Shown: piece by piece, positions 54,252-63,124 of the stretch | Layout: each line of letters opens with the position of its first letter | Position numbering within the stretch: position 1 is the stretch's first letter | Assembly: GCA_965217585.1 (NCBI GenBank) | Contig: OZ244561.1 | Coordinates: 3,040,001 to 3,104,000 of the forward strand | DNA from: Candidatus Latescibacterota bacterium | GTDB lineage: Bacteria > Latescibacterota > UBA2968 > UBA8231 | DNA: 64,000 nucleotides | Direction of reading: 5' to 3' | Made by a program: the position numbers and the translations under genes | The notes under the pieces: model-generated | What the model saw: the letters and a program-made list of their open reading frames with translations, nothing else | The model's database searches: none | Told to the model about the DNA's origin: nothing

Positions 54252-54326
54252 GGCGTTCTCCTGAATGTACGTGTATTGGTGAGTTATCCGCAGATGGGCG
54301 CAGATGTAAAATTTTAAGAGGGTCTC

Positions 54327-55541
54327 TTAGGCTTTTACTTTTCCGGCTTGTTGCACCTGTTCATAAATCCGCGCGAATTCTTCCGAGCCGTCGTCGTTCC
54401 AGACCTCGGTGCGCACGCCGCGCACATTGCCCTCGACAAATCCGGTCAGCCGCTCGACCCCCGGGATGCTCGGGGTGTAGTACGTGGTGCCGCCGGGCAG
54501 GTGCAAGACGCCGACGTGGCGCGGCAGCTCGCTCTTGGGCCGCGCGGCTAGTTCTGCCAATATCTGCTCATCTACTTCCACGCCCAGCCCTGGTCCTTCG
54601 GGTACCGGCGTGCTGCCCTCGCTGACTTCGAGGCGGCCTCCGGTTACATCCTCTGCGTACTGGTCGTCGAGGTTGGTCGAATGCGAGACATTGGGAATGA
54701 CCGCGCCCAAGTGCATGGCCATGGCTTTGCACAGGGTGCCGCCGGTGAGCTGGACCACGGTTGAAAGGCCGGCGGCCGCCGCGGCCAAGCCCCGGCGAAT
54801 GGAGTGGCCAATGCCCATTTCGCCGATCATGTAGAGATCGGCCACATCCCGCTGAATCTCCGGTCCGCCCCCAAGCTGCGGCACATGCATCAAGAGTGGT
54901 AGGCAGGTCTTTGAACGCAACAGACGCCAGCCCTCGATGTCATAGGGATAGAGCGGATCTTCCAAGAAGCCGACGACCGGAAATTTTTCCAGCTCATCGA
55001 CGATGCGCAGCACGGCCGTAGAGGGCCGATTGTGGTTGAAGTCCCAGTGGACCTTAAAGCCGGGCGGGGCGACCTCTTGGGCGGCGCGCGTCTGTTCGAT
55101 CACGTCGTGCTGTTCGGCTGAATGCATCTTGAAGAGGGTGTAGCCCTCTTGGGCGGCGCGCTGGATTTCGCGGGCAAAGTCCTCGGGGGCCGCCGGCCGG
55201 GTCCACGCCGCCACTGGCACGCGGTCGCGGACCTTTTGGCCCAACAGCTTGTACGCCGGCTCTTCGATGGCCTTGCCCATAGCGTCGTACAGCGCGCCCA
55301 TCAGGCCGGTGCTAAGCGCACCAGCTACATAGTTGAACGGCGATTGATCGATCATGCCCGCGATTTGCCCTTCGGAGAGCGAGGTGTGGCCGCGCTCGTC
55401 GCCGTAGCCGACGACGCCGTTGTCGAGGGTTACGCGGAAGACGGTCTGGGTGTCGATGCCGGAGAAGCGGACCTCGTGACCCTGATAGCGGTCACAGAGG
55501 CGCGGGTTGAGGTGGAAGAATTCGACGTTGGTGATTTTCAT
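54327..55541 (-). CDS. mandelate racemase / enolase superfamily protein
   Basis: ALYDAMGKA..LLG; GYTLFKMH; DFN; LEDP; PGLGVEVD. Confidence 0.88.
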   Translation of the reverse strand: MKITNVEFFHLNPRLCDRYQGHEVRFSGIDTQTVFRVTLDNGVVGYGDERGHTSLSEGQIAGMIDQSPFNYVAGALSTGLMGALYDAMGKAIEEPAYKLLGQKVRDRVPVAAWTRPAAPEDFAREIQRAAQEGYTLFKMHSAEQHDVIEQTRAAQEVAPPGFKVHWDFNHNRPSTAVLRIVDELEKFPVVGFLEDPLYPYDIEGWRLLRSKTCLPLLMHVPQLGGGPEIQRDVADLYMIGEMGIGHSIRRGLAAAAAGLSTVVQLTGGTLCKAMAMHLGAVIPNVSHSTNLDDQYAEDVTGGRLEVSEGSTPVPEGPGLGVEVDEQILAELAARPKSELPRHVGVLHLPGGTTYYTPSIPGVERLTGFVEGNVRGVRTEVWNDDGSEEFARIYEQVQQAGKVKA

Positions 55542-55574
55542 GGCGATCTCTCTAAGTTGAGGGGGATGGGGGTC

Positions 55575-56957
55575 TCAGATGCGCAGGACTTTACCGGGGT
55601 TCATAAGGTGGTCTGGGTCGAGTGCTTTTTTGATGCGGCGCATGATCTCGACGCCTGGGCCGCACTCGGCTTCAAGCGCGTCGAGCTTGCCCAAGCCGAT
55701 GCCGTGTTCGCCGGTGCAGGTTCCCCCGGCTTGGAGTGCCCACTCGACGATCTGCTCGCCCAGCCGCTGCACCTGCGCTAGTTCCTCGGCGTTGCCTGGC
55801 TCGATGAGGCAGACGACGTGGAAGTTGCCGTCGCCGACATGGCCGAAGAGCGGAGCGGGAAAGTCGAGGCCGGCCAGCGCGGCTCTCGTCTGGTGGATGC
55901 AGCGAGCGAGGGCCGTAATCGGCACGCAGACATCGGTTACATAGCCCACCGAGCCGGGGCGGAGCGCACGCGAGGCGTAATAGGCATCGTAGCGCGCCTG
56001 CCACAAGCGGTCGCGCTCACCCGCGGCGGTGGCCCAGCGGAAGGGACCGCCGCCCCGCCGGGCCACGGCCGCTCCGGCGGTTTCAGCTTGTTCGACAACC
56101 CCTTTTCCCGAGCCGTGAAATTCAAAAAAGAGCGTTGGTGCCACTTCGTAGTCAAGGCCCGCGTATTGGTTGCAGGCCTGCATTTGCACTTCGTCGAGCA
56201 ATTCGAGCCGCGCGACGGGGATCCCCGCGCTCAAGACGTCGATGGCCGCGGCGACGGCCGTGTCGAGGTCGGCAAAGGGGCAGACTGCCGCGGAGATGGC
56301 CGCCGGTAGCTTGGCTAGGCGCAAGGTCACTTCGGTGATGAGGGCCAGCGTGCCTTCGGTGCCGACTAGCAGGGCGGTCAGGTCGTAGCCTGCCGAGGAT
56401 TTGCGTGCCCGACCCCCGACTTCGACGACTGTGCCGTCGGCGAAGACGGCCTTGAGGCCCAAGACATTGTCGCGCATGGTGCCATAGCCAACTGCGGCGC
56501 TACCAGAGGCGCGGGTGGCGGCCATGCCGCCCAAGGAGGCGTTGGCTCCGGGATCAACCGGGAAGTGCAGGCCGGTGTCTTGTGCCCGGAGATGTTCGTT
56601 GAGCTGCTGGCGAGTGACGCCGGCTTCGACCGTGGCGTCCATGTCGGCCGCACTGACGCGGAGGATGCGGTTCATGCGCGAGAGATCGACGCAAAGGCCG
56701 CCGCGCACGGCAACGATGCCGCCTTCGACGGCCGTGCCGGTGCCAAAGGGCACGATCGGCACTTGGTGCGCGGTGCATATCCGGGCGATGTGGGCTACTT
56801 CTTCGACGCTTGCGGGAAAGGCTACGGCCTGTGGCGGTTGCGGGGCGTGGTAGGAAGCGTCGGCGGCGTGTGCGCGGCGCACCTCAGAGGTTGCATTCAG
56901 GCGTGGGCCGAGGAGAGCGGCCAGTGCCGACAGGGCTTGGGGGGCTATGGAGTTCAT
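55575..56957 (-). CDS. FAD-linked oxidase (D-lactate dehydrogenase / GlcD-like)
   Basis: VDPGANASLGG, GYDL, GTEGTL, GHVGDGNFH, GEHGIG. Confidence 0.9.
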   Translation of the reverse strand: MNSIAPQALSALAALLGPRLNATSEVRRAHAADASYHAPQPPQAVAFPASVEEVAHIARICTAHQVPIVPFGTGTAVEGGIVAVRGGLCVDLSRMNRILRVSAADMDATVEAGVTRQQLNEHLRAQDTGLHFPVDPGANASLGGMAATRASGSAAVGYGTMRDNVLGLKAVFADGTVVEVGGRARKSSAGYDLTALLVGTEGTLALITEVTLRLAKLPAAISAAVCPFADLDTAVAAAIDVLSAGIPVARLELLDEVQMQACNQYAGLDYEVAPTLFFEFHGSGKGVVEQAETAGAAVARRGGGPFRWATAAGERDRLWQARYDAYYASRALRPGSVGYVTDVCVPITALARCIHQTRAALAGLDFPAPLFGHVGDGNFHVVCLIEPGNAEELAQVQRLGEQIVEWALQAGGTCTGEHGIGLGKLDALEAECGPGVEIMRRIKKALDPDHLMNPGKVLRI

Positions 56958-57079
56958 GGGCGGGTAATATGTCCAATGGCTAGAAGGTCGTCAAAGAAGT
57001 CGATCATCAAATACTCAGGTGAGTGAGACGCATCGACTATGGGCAGAAGAATAGCTCTTGACAAACTGTTCACTATTTG

Positions 57080-57112
57080 CGAATTCGGCATAGGAGGGAA
57101 GTCTATGGCTGA
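57080..57112 (+). pseudogene. C-terminal remnant of a RelE toxin
   Basis: CGA ATT CGG CAT AGG AGG GAA GTC TAT GGC TGA = RIRHRREVYG*, overlapping the antitoxin start. Confidence 0.65.
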
Positions 57113-57443
57113 CACTGGAACCATTATCTTGCCGCGGGCGGAATACGATGCCCTGATCGCCCGCAATGAAGAGCTTGAAGACAGGCTGGCTGCTATCGAT
57201 GCGGACGACGGCAGCCGCATCCCCCACGACGTGGCTCTTGCCATCATGCGCGGCGGGAATCCTGTGGCCGCATTTCGCAATCATCTCGGCGTTACGCTGC
57301 GCGACTTGGCCGGAAGGACGGGGGTCACCGCGAGCTACCTGTCCGAGATCGAGCGCGGGCTCAAGCCAGGCTCTGCGGCAACGCTGTCTCGGATCGCCCA
57401 TGCGCTTGGCACGACGATCGATACTTTGGTGGCCGAGCCGTGA
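57105..57443 (+). CDS. XRE-family HTH antitoxin-like protein (orphan)
   Basis: ILPRAEYDAL..NPVAAFR..SYLSEIERGLKPGS; homolog of 20295-20663. Confidence 0.85.
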   Translation: MADTGTIILPRAEYDALIARNEELEDRLAAIDADDGSRIPHDVALAIMRGGNPVAAFRNHLGVTLRDLAGRTGVTASYLSEIERGLKPGSAATLSRIAHALGTTIDTLVAEP

Positions 57444-57488
57444 TCTACTGCGACAATACCCACTCATAGTCCCTCTAGGAGGAATCTT

Positions 57489-57566
57489 GTGAAAGTCGTC
57501 GATGTCGGACGCATACTGGTCGAAGTGCCCTTCACGCTATCGTTTCCTTCTGTAGCTCACCTCTAA
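57489..57566 (+). pseudogene. enolase-superfamily N-terminal shard
   Basis: Strong AGGAGG RBS, then MKVVDVGRILVEVPFT, then unrelated sequence. Confidence 0.4.
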
Positions 57567-57582
57567 CCGGAGCCTAAACCAC

Positions 57583-57957
57583 ATGTCGCATCCTCTTCTC
57601 AGCGCCGCCGAGAGTCGCCAGAACCGCGTAGATGAATCGTGGGGTCATCTGACTTGGTTGGCGGGTCGTCCGCAGGGCAATGTCGAGGGTCTCACCTTGG
57701 GCCGCGTCGTCCTCAAAGCCGGCCACGCCAACCCGCGCCACGCCCACCCCAATTGCGAAGAAGTGCTCTATCTGCTCGCTGGCCGCGTAGAGCACAGCCT
57801 AGGCGACCAGTCTTTCACTTTAGAAGCTGGCGATACCCTCGCCATCCCGGCCGGCGTCTTTCACAATGGCATTAGCCTCGGCCCCGAGGACGCGGATATG
57901 ATCGTAGCCTACTCGGAAGGGGACCGCCAATTCGTCTTGGAAGGGGACCGCTCGTGA
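57583..57957 (+). CDS. cupin domain protein
   Basis: HAHPNCEEVLY..GDTLAIPAGVFH. Confidence 0.9.
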   Translation: MSHPLLSAAESRQNRVDESWGHLTWLAGRPQGNVEGLTLGRVVLKAGHANPRHAHPNCEEVLYLLAGRVEHSLGDQSFTLEAGDTLAIPAGVFHNGISLGPEDADMIVAYSEGDRQFVLEGDRS

Positions 57958-59948
57958 CCCGCAATGGCTATCAGCACATGGTGCTCGAATACTACGTCGG
58001 TCGCCTGCGGGAGCTACGCGCGGACCGTCGCCAGCGCCTCACCGATATCCGCACTCGCGGCCAAGCTATCGAGTATCAACGTCACGTGCGCCAGACCATT
58101 GCCAAAGCCTTCCGTCCCCGTCCTCGCCGCACGCTCCTCAACGTTCAGATTACTGGCACGGTGCAGCAGCAGGGGTATCGCATTGAAAAGCTCCTCTACG
58201 CCAGCCGGCCCGGATGCTTGGTCACGGGACATCTCTACATACCCGATAAGTTGACCGGCCCGGCTCCCGGCGTCATTGGTACCTGCGGCCACAGCGACAA
58301 CGGCAAAAACGACGAACTTTATCAGGCTTTTTGCCAACGCCTCGCCCGGGCTGGTTTTGTGGTGCTGATTTACGATCCTTTCAACCAAGGCGAACGCGAC
58401 CAATACTGGAAGCTGAGCGACAAAAGCGCCGTGGCCAACTGCTGCCACGCCCACAATATGATGGGCAAACAGCTCGAATTGGTGGGTGAGTGGTTCGGCG
58501 CTTGGCGCGCTTGGGACGGCATCCGCGCCCTCGACTACCTGCTCAGCCGCCCGGAAGTCGATTCCGCCCGCGTCGGACTGACGGGCAATTCGGGCGGTGG
58601 CACCATGACCACTTGGCTGTGGGCGATAGAAAATCGCTTCACCATGGCCGCCCCGAGTTGCTTTGTAACGACCTTCCTGTCCAACCTCGAAAACGAATTG
58701 CCGGCCGACTGCGAGCAATATCCCCCCGGCGTCATCGGCGCTGGTTTGGAACTGGCCGACTTTTGCATCGCCCGCGCCCCCGAGCCGGTTCTGTTGCTGG
58801 GACAGAACTACGATTTCTTCGACCGGCGGGGTTTGCGGGAGGCCCACGAGGAAGTGCGCCGCTTTTACGACCTGTTGGGTGCGCCCCAAGAAGACGCCCA
58901 GCTCTTCATCGGCCCGGAGGGACACGGTTTTTCGCGGCACAACCAAGAAGCCATGGTGGACTTTTTCGCCCAACACGCTGGTTTGCCGCAGCCGCGCAAA
59001 ATTCGCCGTCCTGCTGCCTTGACCGAAGATCAGCTCAATGTCACGCCTCGCGGCAATACGGTCGCTGCTGGCGCGGTTCCCATCTACGATCTGACCGCGG
59101 CTACGGCCTGCCGCTTGGAGCAAAAGCGCACCAAGTTGGACAAAGCCCGGCTGGTGCAGCGCCTAACCGCCCGCCTCCAGTTGTCCCGTAAGCGCTCTCT
59201 GCCTCATTACCGGGTGCTGCGCCCCGCTCACTTGGACGGCCAAACGCTAGCTCGGTACGGGGTCGAGACCGAAGACGGCATCCAGGCTCTACTCTACAAA
59301 TGCCTAGCCGCTCCGCCGCGTCCCTACAGCCTCGACGTGGAAGGGGAAGTGCATCTCTACTTGCCTCACGTGGCTGTGGAGGACGACTTGCAGGACGATG
59401 ACTTGACCATTGCTCTGCGCCGACAGCACCCGCTCTACGCTCTCGATGTACGCGGCCTAGGCGAATCGATTCCTACTCCCGCAAAAGAGGCTTTTTTCCA
59501 TCCCTACGGCATGGACTACATGTTCCACGGCCACGGTCTTTTGCTGGGGCAGAGCTATCTGGGTCGTCGCCTGCACGACGTATTGAGTGTGCTCGATCTG
59601 CTCGTCGCGGCCGGTGCCCGCCGGGTGCGTCTATACGGTCGCGGGCAAGGTGCCTTGCTCGCCCTGTACGCGGCTTTGTTGCACGATAACGTCGCCTCGA
59701 CGACCCTGAAGAACGCCCCGCTTTCCTACCAAGAGTGGACTCAGGCGCCGCTGGTGGCATGGCCGGCCGCTTGCTTCATCCCCGGCGTGCTGGCCGATTT
59801 CGACCTGCCCGACTGCCTGCGCGCCTTGGGCAGCAAAGTTCGTTTAGTACAGCCGTGGGGCCCCGACATGCAGCCCGTACCGAGTCACCGTCTGCGTGCC
59901 CAACTGAAAGAATTGGGGTTGACCAAAATACGTCTGGACAAAGCCTAA
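57954..59948 (+). CDS. two-domain alpha/beta hydrolase (acetyl xylan esterase-like)
   Basis: DGIRALDYL..TGNSGGG; second degenerate domain with DVRGLGE and GRGQG. Confidence 0.85.
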   Translation: MTRNGYQHMVLEYYVGRLRELRADRRQRLTDIRTRGQAIEYQRHVRQTIAKAFRPRPRRTLLNVQITGTVQQQGYRIEKLLYASRPGCLVTGHLYIPDKLTGPAPGVIGTCGHSDNGKNDELYQAFCQRLARAGFVVLIYDPFNQGERDQYWKLSDKSAVANCCHAHNMMGKQLELVGEWFGAWRAWDGIRALDYLLSRPEVDSARVGLTGNSGGGTMTTWLWAIENRFTMAAPSCFVTTFLSNLENELPADCEQYPPGVIGAGLELADFCIARAPEPVLLLGQNYDFFDRRGLREAHEEVRRFYDLLGAPQEDAQLFIGPEGHGFSRHNQEAMVDFFAQHAGLPQPRKIRRPAALTEDQLNVTPRGNTVAAGAVPIYDLTAATACRLEQKRTKLDKARLVQRLTARLQLSRKRSLPHYRVLRPAHLDGQTLARYGVETEDGIQALLYKCLAAPPRPYSLDVEGEVHLYLPHVAVEDDLQDDDLTIALRRQHPLYALDVRGLGESIPTPAKEAFFHPYGMDYMFHGHGLLLGQSYLGRRLHDVLSVLDLLVAAGARRVRLYGRGQGALLALYAALLHDNVASTTLKNAPLSYQEWTQAPLVAWPAACFIPGVLADFDLPDCLRALGSKVRLVQPWGPDMQPVPSHRLRAQLKELGLTKIRLDKA

Positions 59949-59960
59949 CTGCGCACTGCG

Positions 59961-60683
59961 ATGGACGCCTACACCCAAGCCGACCTACAGCGCCATTTAG
60001 AAACCCTCGGCGTCGAAGCGGGGGATACGCTCTTTATTCATTCCTCGTTCAAAAGCTTGGGGGCTGTCGCTGAAGGAGCGCAGACTGTGGTTGATGCCCT
60101 CCAAGCGGCGGTCGGCCCCGACGGGCTTATCCTGATGCCCTCGTTTCATCTGATAGAGCGGAGCGAACGAGCGTGCCGCTGGGACTGGGCCACTACTCCC
60201 TCGACCGTGGGCTGGCTGAGCGAATTCTTTCGCCGCCTACCCGACACCTACCGTTCGGACCACTACTCCCACGCGGTGGCGGCCCGAGGGCGAGGGGCCG
60301 AGGATTTTGTCGCGGATCACCTACGCCAGGAAGGTCATACTTCGCCGTGGGATTTGGCTCCTTGGGGACGGACCTACGGCACCCACTCGCCCATGTTCCG
60401 CGCCTATCGACGCGGCGGCAAAATCCTAATGCTGGGCGTTGATTACCAAACGTCCACCTATATCCATCTGGTCGAAGTGCTCTACTGGCATCACCTGCGT
60501 CGAACCGATCTCCATGCTTATCCCGCCCTGGACCGTCCGCGTCTGGGCACCTATTGGGACGCTACCGGTCCGCTGACACGGGGGCTCGTCGGTGCATCCC
60601 CGTGCCGGCTTTTTGCCATAGACGCCTATGTCGATACCCTGCTGGCCGAGGTCGTGGCAAACCCCGAGCGCTACTTGGCCTGA
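59961..60683 (+). CDS. AAC(3)-family N-acetyltransferase
   Basis: LFIHSSFKSLG, LILMPSF, RSDH, ILMLGV..TYIHLVE. Confidence 0.88.
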   Translation: MDAYTQADLQRHLETLGVEAGDTLFIHSSFKSLGAVAEGAQTVVDALQAAVGPDGLILMPSFHLIERSERACRWDWATTPSTVGWLSEFFRRLPDTYRSDHYSHAVAARGRGAEDFVADHLRQEGHTSPWDLAPWGRTYGTHSPMFRAYRRGGKILMLGVDYQTSTYIHLVEVLYWHHLRRTDLHAYPALDRPRLGTYWDATGPLTRGLVGASPCRLFAIDAYVDTLLAEVVANPERYLA

Positions 60684-60698
60684 TTCTAACCGCCGCGA

Positions 60699-61490
60699 TC
60701 AGACCCGCATCCGCAGCATGGGTCGGCCAAAAGATACTTCGAGGAATTGCCCGGTGTGCGCCGAGCGCGTGCCAGGGGGCATGAAGTGGATGACAAAGGC
60801 GCGGCGCTGGTGATCGGTTTGGTTTGGTGGGGTGTAGTGGAGGGTTTGGCAGTGGTGGAAGAGCGCGCCGCCCGCGGGCAGGTCTATGACCGCGGCTTGG
60901 GTTGCATCGACTTGGTCGCCGTAGTCGAGCAAGGCACTGGTCTGCTCTGAGCGCTCGTGCCCCACGGGTGTCAGGTGCGAGCTGGGCAGCAGGTGCATGG
61001 CACCGTTGGTCACATCGACGTCGTCGAGCGTCATCCAGCAGCTAACCAAATTGGCTGGCATACATTTCCAATAGGCGTTGTCTTGGTGCCAAAAGACGGG
61101 GCCGCCGTGGTGAGCGGGTTTGTAGAGGGCTTGGTCGTGGAAGAGCTGGATGTTAGGGCCGATGAGGTCTTCGGCAATGTCGAGGATGCGGGTGTCGTAG
61201 AGCAGTTGCCGGAAGTGAATGCTGCGCTCGCACATCTGCATGATCTGCAACATCTGCTCGTCGGCGCTGTTCTTTTCGTCGAGGTCGTCGGTGTTGCTGA
61301 TGGACAGGTTGCGGAAGCGCCCGTTCTGGCGCGCCTCGGCAAAGAGCCGGTCGTATTCATCGCGCAGCACGGCGACGAGGTCGTCGTCTAGCAGCTTGCC
61401 GATGATGATGAAGCCGCGGCGACGGAATTGGTCGATTTGCTCTTGGTCCAGTGCTTTGTGGAGCTGGGTAACGGACGGGGCTGTGGTCAT
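60699..61490 (-). CDS. phytanoyl-CoA dioxygenase (PhyH) family protein
   Basis: WHQD, NGAM..SH, TLH..PN..RR. Confidence 0.92.
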   Translation of the reverse strand: MTTAPSVTQLHKALDQEQIDQFRRRGFIIIGKLLDDDLVAVLRDEYDRLFAEARQNGRFRNLSISNTDDLDEKNSADEQMLQIMQMCERSIHFRQLLYDTRILDIAEDLIGPNIQLFHDQALYKPAHHGGPVFWHQDNAYWKCMPANLVSCWMTLDDVDVTNGAMHLLPSSHLTPVGHERSEQTSALLDYGDQVDATQAAVIDLPAGGALFHHCQTLHYTPPNQTDHQRRAFVIHFMPPGTRSAHTGQFLEVSFGRPMLRMRV

Positions 61491-61572
61491 GTTTATCCTC
61501 CTAGTGAGGCGTGCAAATTAACAAGGGTAGCGACGGATCACAATCGGCTAATAGACCGTTCCGCAACTAGCC

Positions 61573-61932
61573 TCACTCTACGTACACGACCACTTCCTCC
61601 CCTTCGCGTCTTGCCGCGTACGTCTTCACCCGCATGGCCTCGTCGTACAGCGCCTGCCCGGTGGCCAAGTCGAATTCCCACTGATGCCAAGGGCACTTGA
61701 GCACCAAGTCCTCTTGCCGATAGTCGATCTGGTACACGCCCGGCGACACGACCAAGGGCCGCAACCGGCCTTGGCACAAGGGTCCGCTTTTGTGCGGACA
61801 GCTATTGCGCAGGGCGTAGTAGCGGCCCCCGATATTGAAGACGCCGATTTCTCTGTTGCCCACGCTGAGGATCTTGCGCGCTCCATCGGGCAGTTCCTCG
61901 GCCCAGGCGACCACATAGCGCTTAGAAGCCAT
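61573..61932 (-). CDS. Rieske [2Fe-2S] ferredoxin
   Basis: CPH...CPWH. Confidence 0.92.
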   Translation of the reverse strand: MASKRYVVAWAEELPDGARKILSVGNREIGVFNIGGRYYALRNSCPHKSGPLCQGRLRPLVVSPGVYQIDYRQEDLVLKCPWHQWEFDLATGQALYDEAMRVKTYAARREGEEVVVYVE

Positions 61933-63025
61933 AGAGTTCCGTCGCGTTTTGTGCCATGATGCGGTGGCGGTAGTCCGCGTCAAAATCGGCGAGGAAACCC
62001 GTTGGCTCGTCCCAGTCCCAGTGCGGGTAGTCGCTGGCGAAAACCATGACCTCATCGGCGTGCAGCCACTCCAAAAAGCGCTTCATGTCGTCGCGCGTGG
62101 GCGGCTGGATCATGGGCTGGGTGCCAAAGCGGATGTGCTGCCGCAAGTACTCGCTAGGCAGGCGCTTGACCCACGGCGTATAATCGCGCAGGCCCTTCCA
62201 ATCGGAATCCATATGCCACATCAATCCCGGAACCCAAAACACGTCGTGCTCGATGAAGAGGACGCGGAAGTCGGGGAATTTTTCAAAGACGCCCTCGCAG
62301 ATGAAGCTGACCGTATGCGCCATGGCGATCTGCGGCCGGGCCATGCGCATCTCCAGATAATGCGAGGGATACCCCGCGGCCGTGGGCGGCGCGGCAATGC
62401 CGGCTCCTTCGGCCCCAAAGTGGATGCTCAGCGGCAGGCCGTGGCGCTGGCAGGCCTCGTAGATGGGGTGGTAAAAGCGGTGGCCAAAAGGCTGGCGCGA
62501 ACCGGCTGGCATCATCACTTGGACGCACTCGGGCTTGGGGCCTAGGCGGTCTATTTCCGCTACGGCCAACTGCGGGTCCTGGGGGGCGATGTGGATGGAG
62601 GATCTAAAGCGCGAGTCCGCGCCCACCCAGTGCTCTAGGGTCCAATCGTTGAAGGCCCGGCAATAGGCCGCCGCATAATCGCAATCGGAATGCACGGCCG
62701 CGCTGTACGGCCCGCCCGTCAACACGGCCACGTCGATAGCGTATTCGTCGAGATGCCTTTGGCGCGCTACTTCGACGTTGGCCGCTGGATTGGTTTCTTG
62801 GTCCTCCCACAATTCCTGGCGGTTGCCCTTGTTGGGCATATTGGTATGGCCCAACTGCGGCATCATGGAGCCGAAGTCCTCAATGCGCTCGACATAGTGG
62901 CGCGGCAAGTAGGGAAAGAGGACTTTGTCGTTGGGCAGGGTGTGATGCACGTCGCAGTCGATGAGGCGGAATTGGGTGGCTGTGTGGCCGTTTGTGGCTG
63001 GGACGGCTTGGGCATTGGCAGTCAT
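61922..63025 (-). CDS. amidohydrolase-2 fold protein (possible dinuclear oxygenase)
   Basis: IDCDVH, PLSIH, EGVFEKFP..IEH, ASDYPHWD; overlaps the Rieske gene. Confidence 0.85.
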   Translation of the reverse strand: MTANAQAVPATNGHTATQFRLIDCDVHHTLPNDKVLFPYLPRHYVERIEDFGSMMPQLGHTNMPNKGNRQELWEDQETNPAANVEVARQRHLDEYAIDVAVLTGGPYSAAVHSDCDYAAAYCRAFNDWTLEHWVGADSRFRSSIHIAPQDPQLAVAEIDRLGPKPECVQVMMPAGSRQPFGHRFYHPIYEACQRHGLPLSIHFGAEGAGIAAPPTAAGYPSHYLEMRMARPQIAMAHTVSFICEGVFEKFPDFRVLFIEHDVFWVPGLMWHMDSDWKGLRDYTPWVKRLPSEYLRQHIRFGTQPMIQPPTRDDMKRFLEWLHADEVMVFASDYPHWDWDEPTGFLADFDADYRHRIMAQNATELYGF

Positions 63026-63124
63026 GGAGCATCTCCAGGGATGGGCGCGGAAGGATAGTTGGATAAACAGTGTCATTAGTAGTGTGTCAAGGGGATAATT
63101 GTCGTCGGAGGATTAAAAGCGGCT

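Noticed and set aside
54284-54306. Short CGCAGATG direct repeat in an intergenic region
   Set aside because: Two 8-nt units only; insufficient to assign a function
53109-54317. 402-aa + strand ORF, and similar long overlapping ORFs elsewhere
   Set aside because: Antisense shadows of real genes, typical of high-GC DNA
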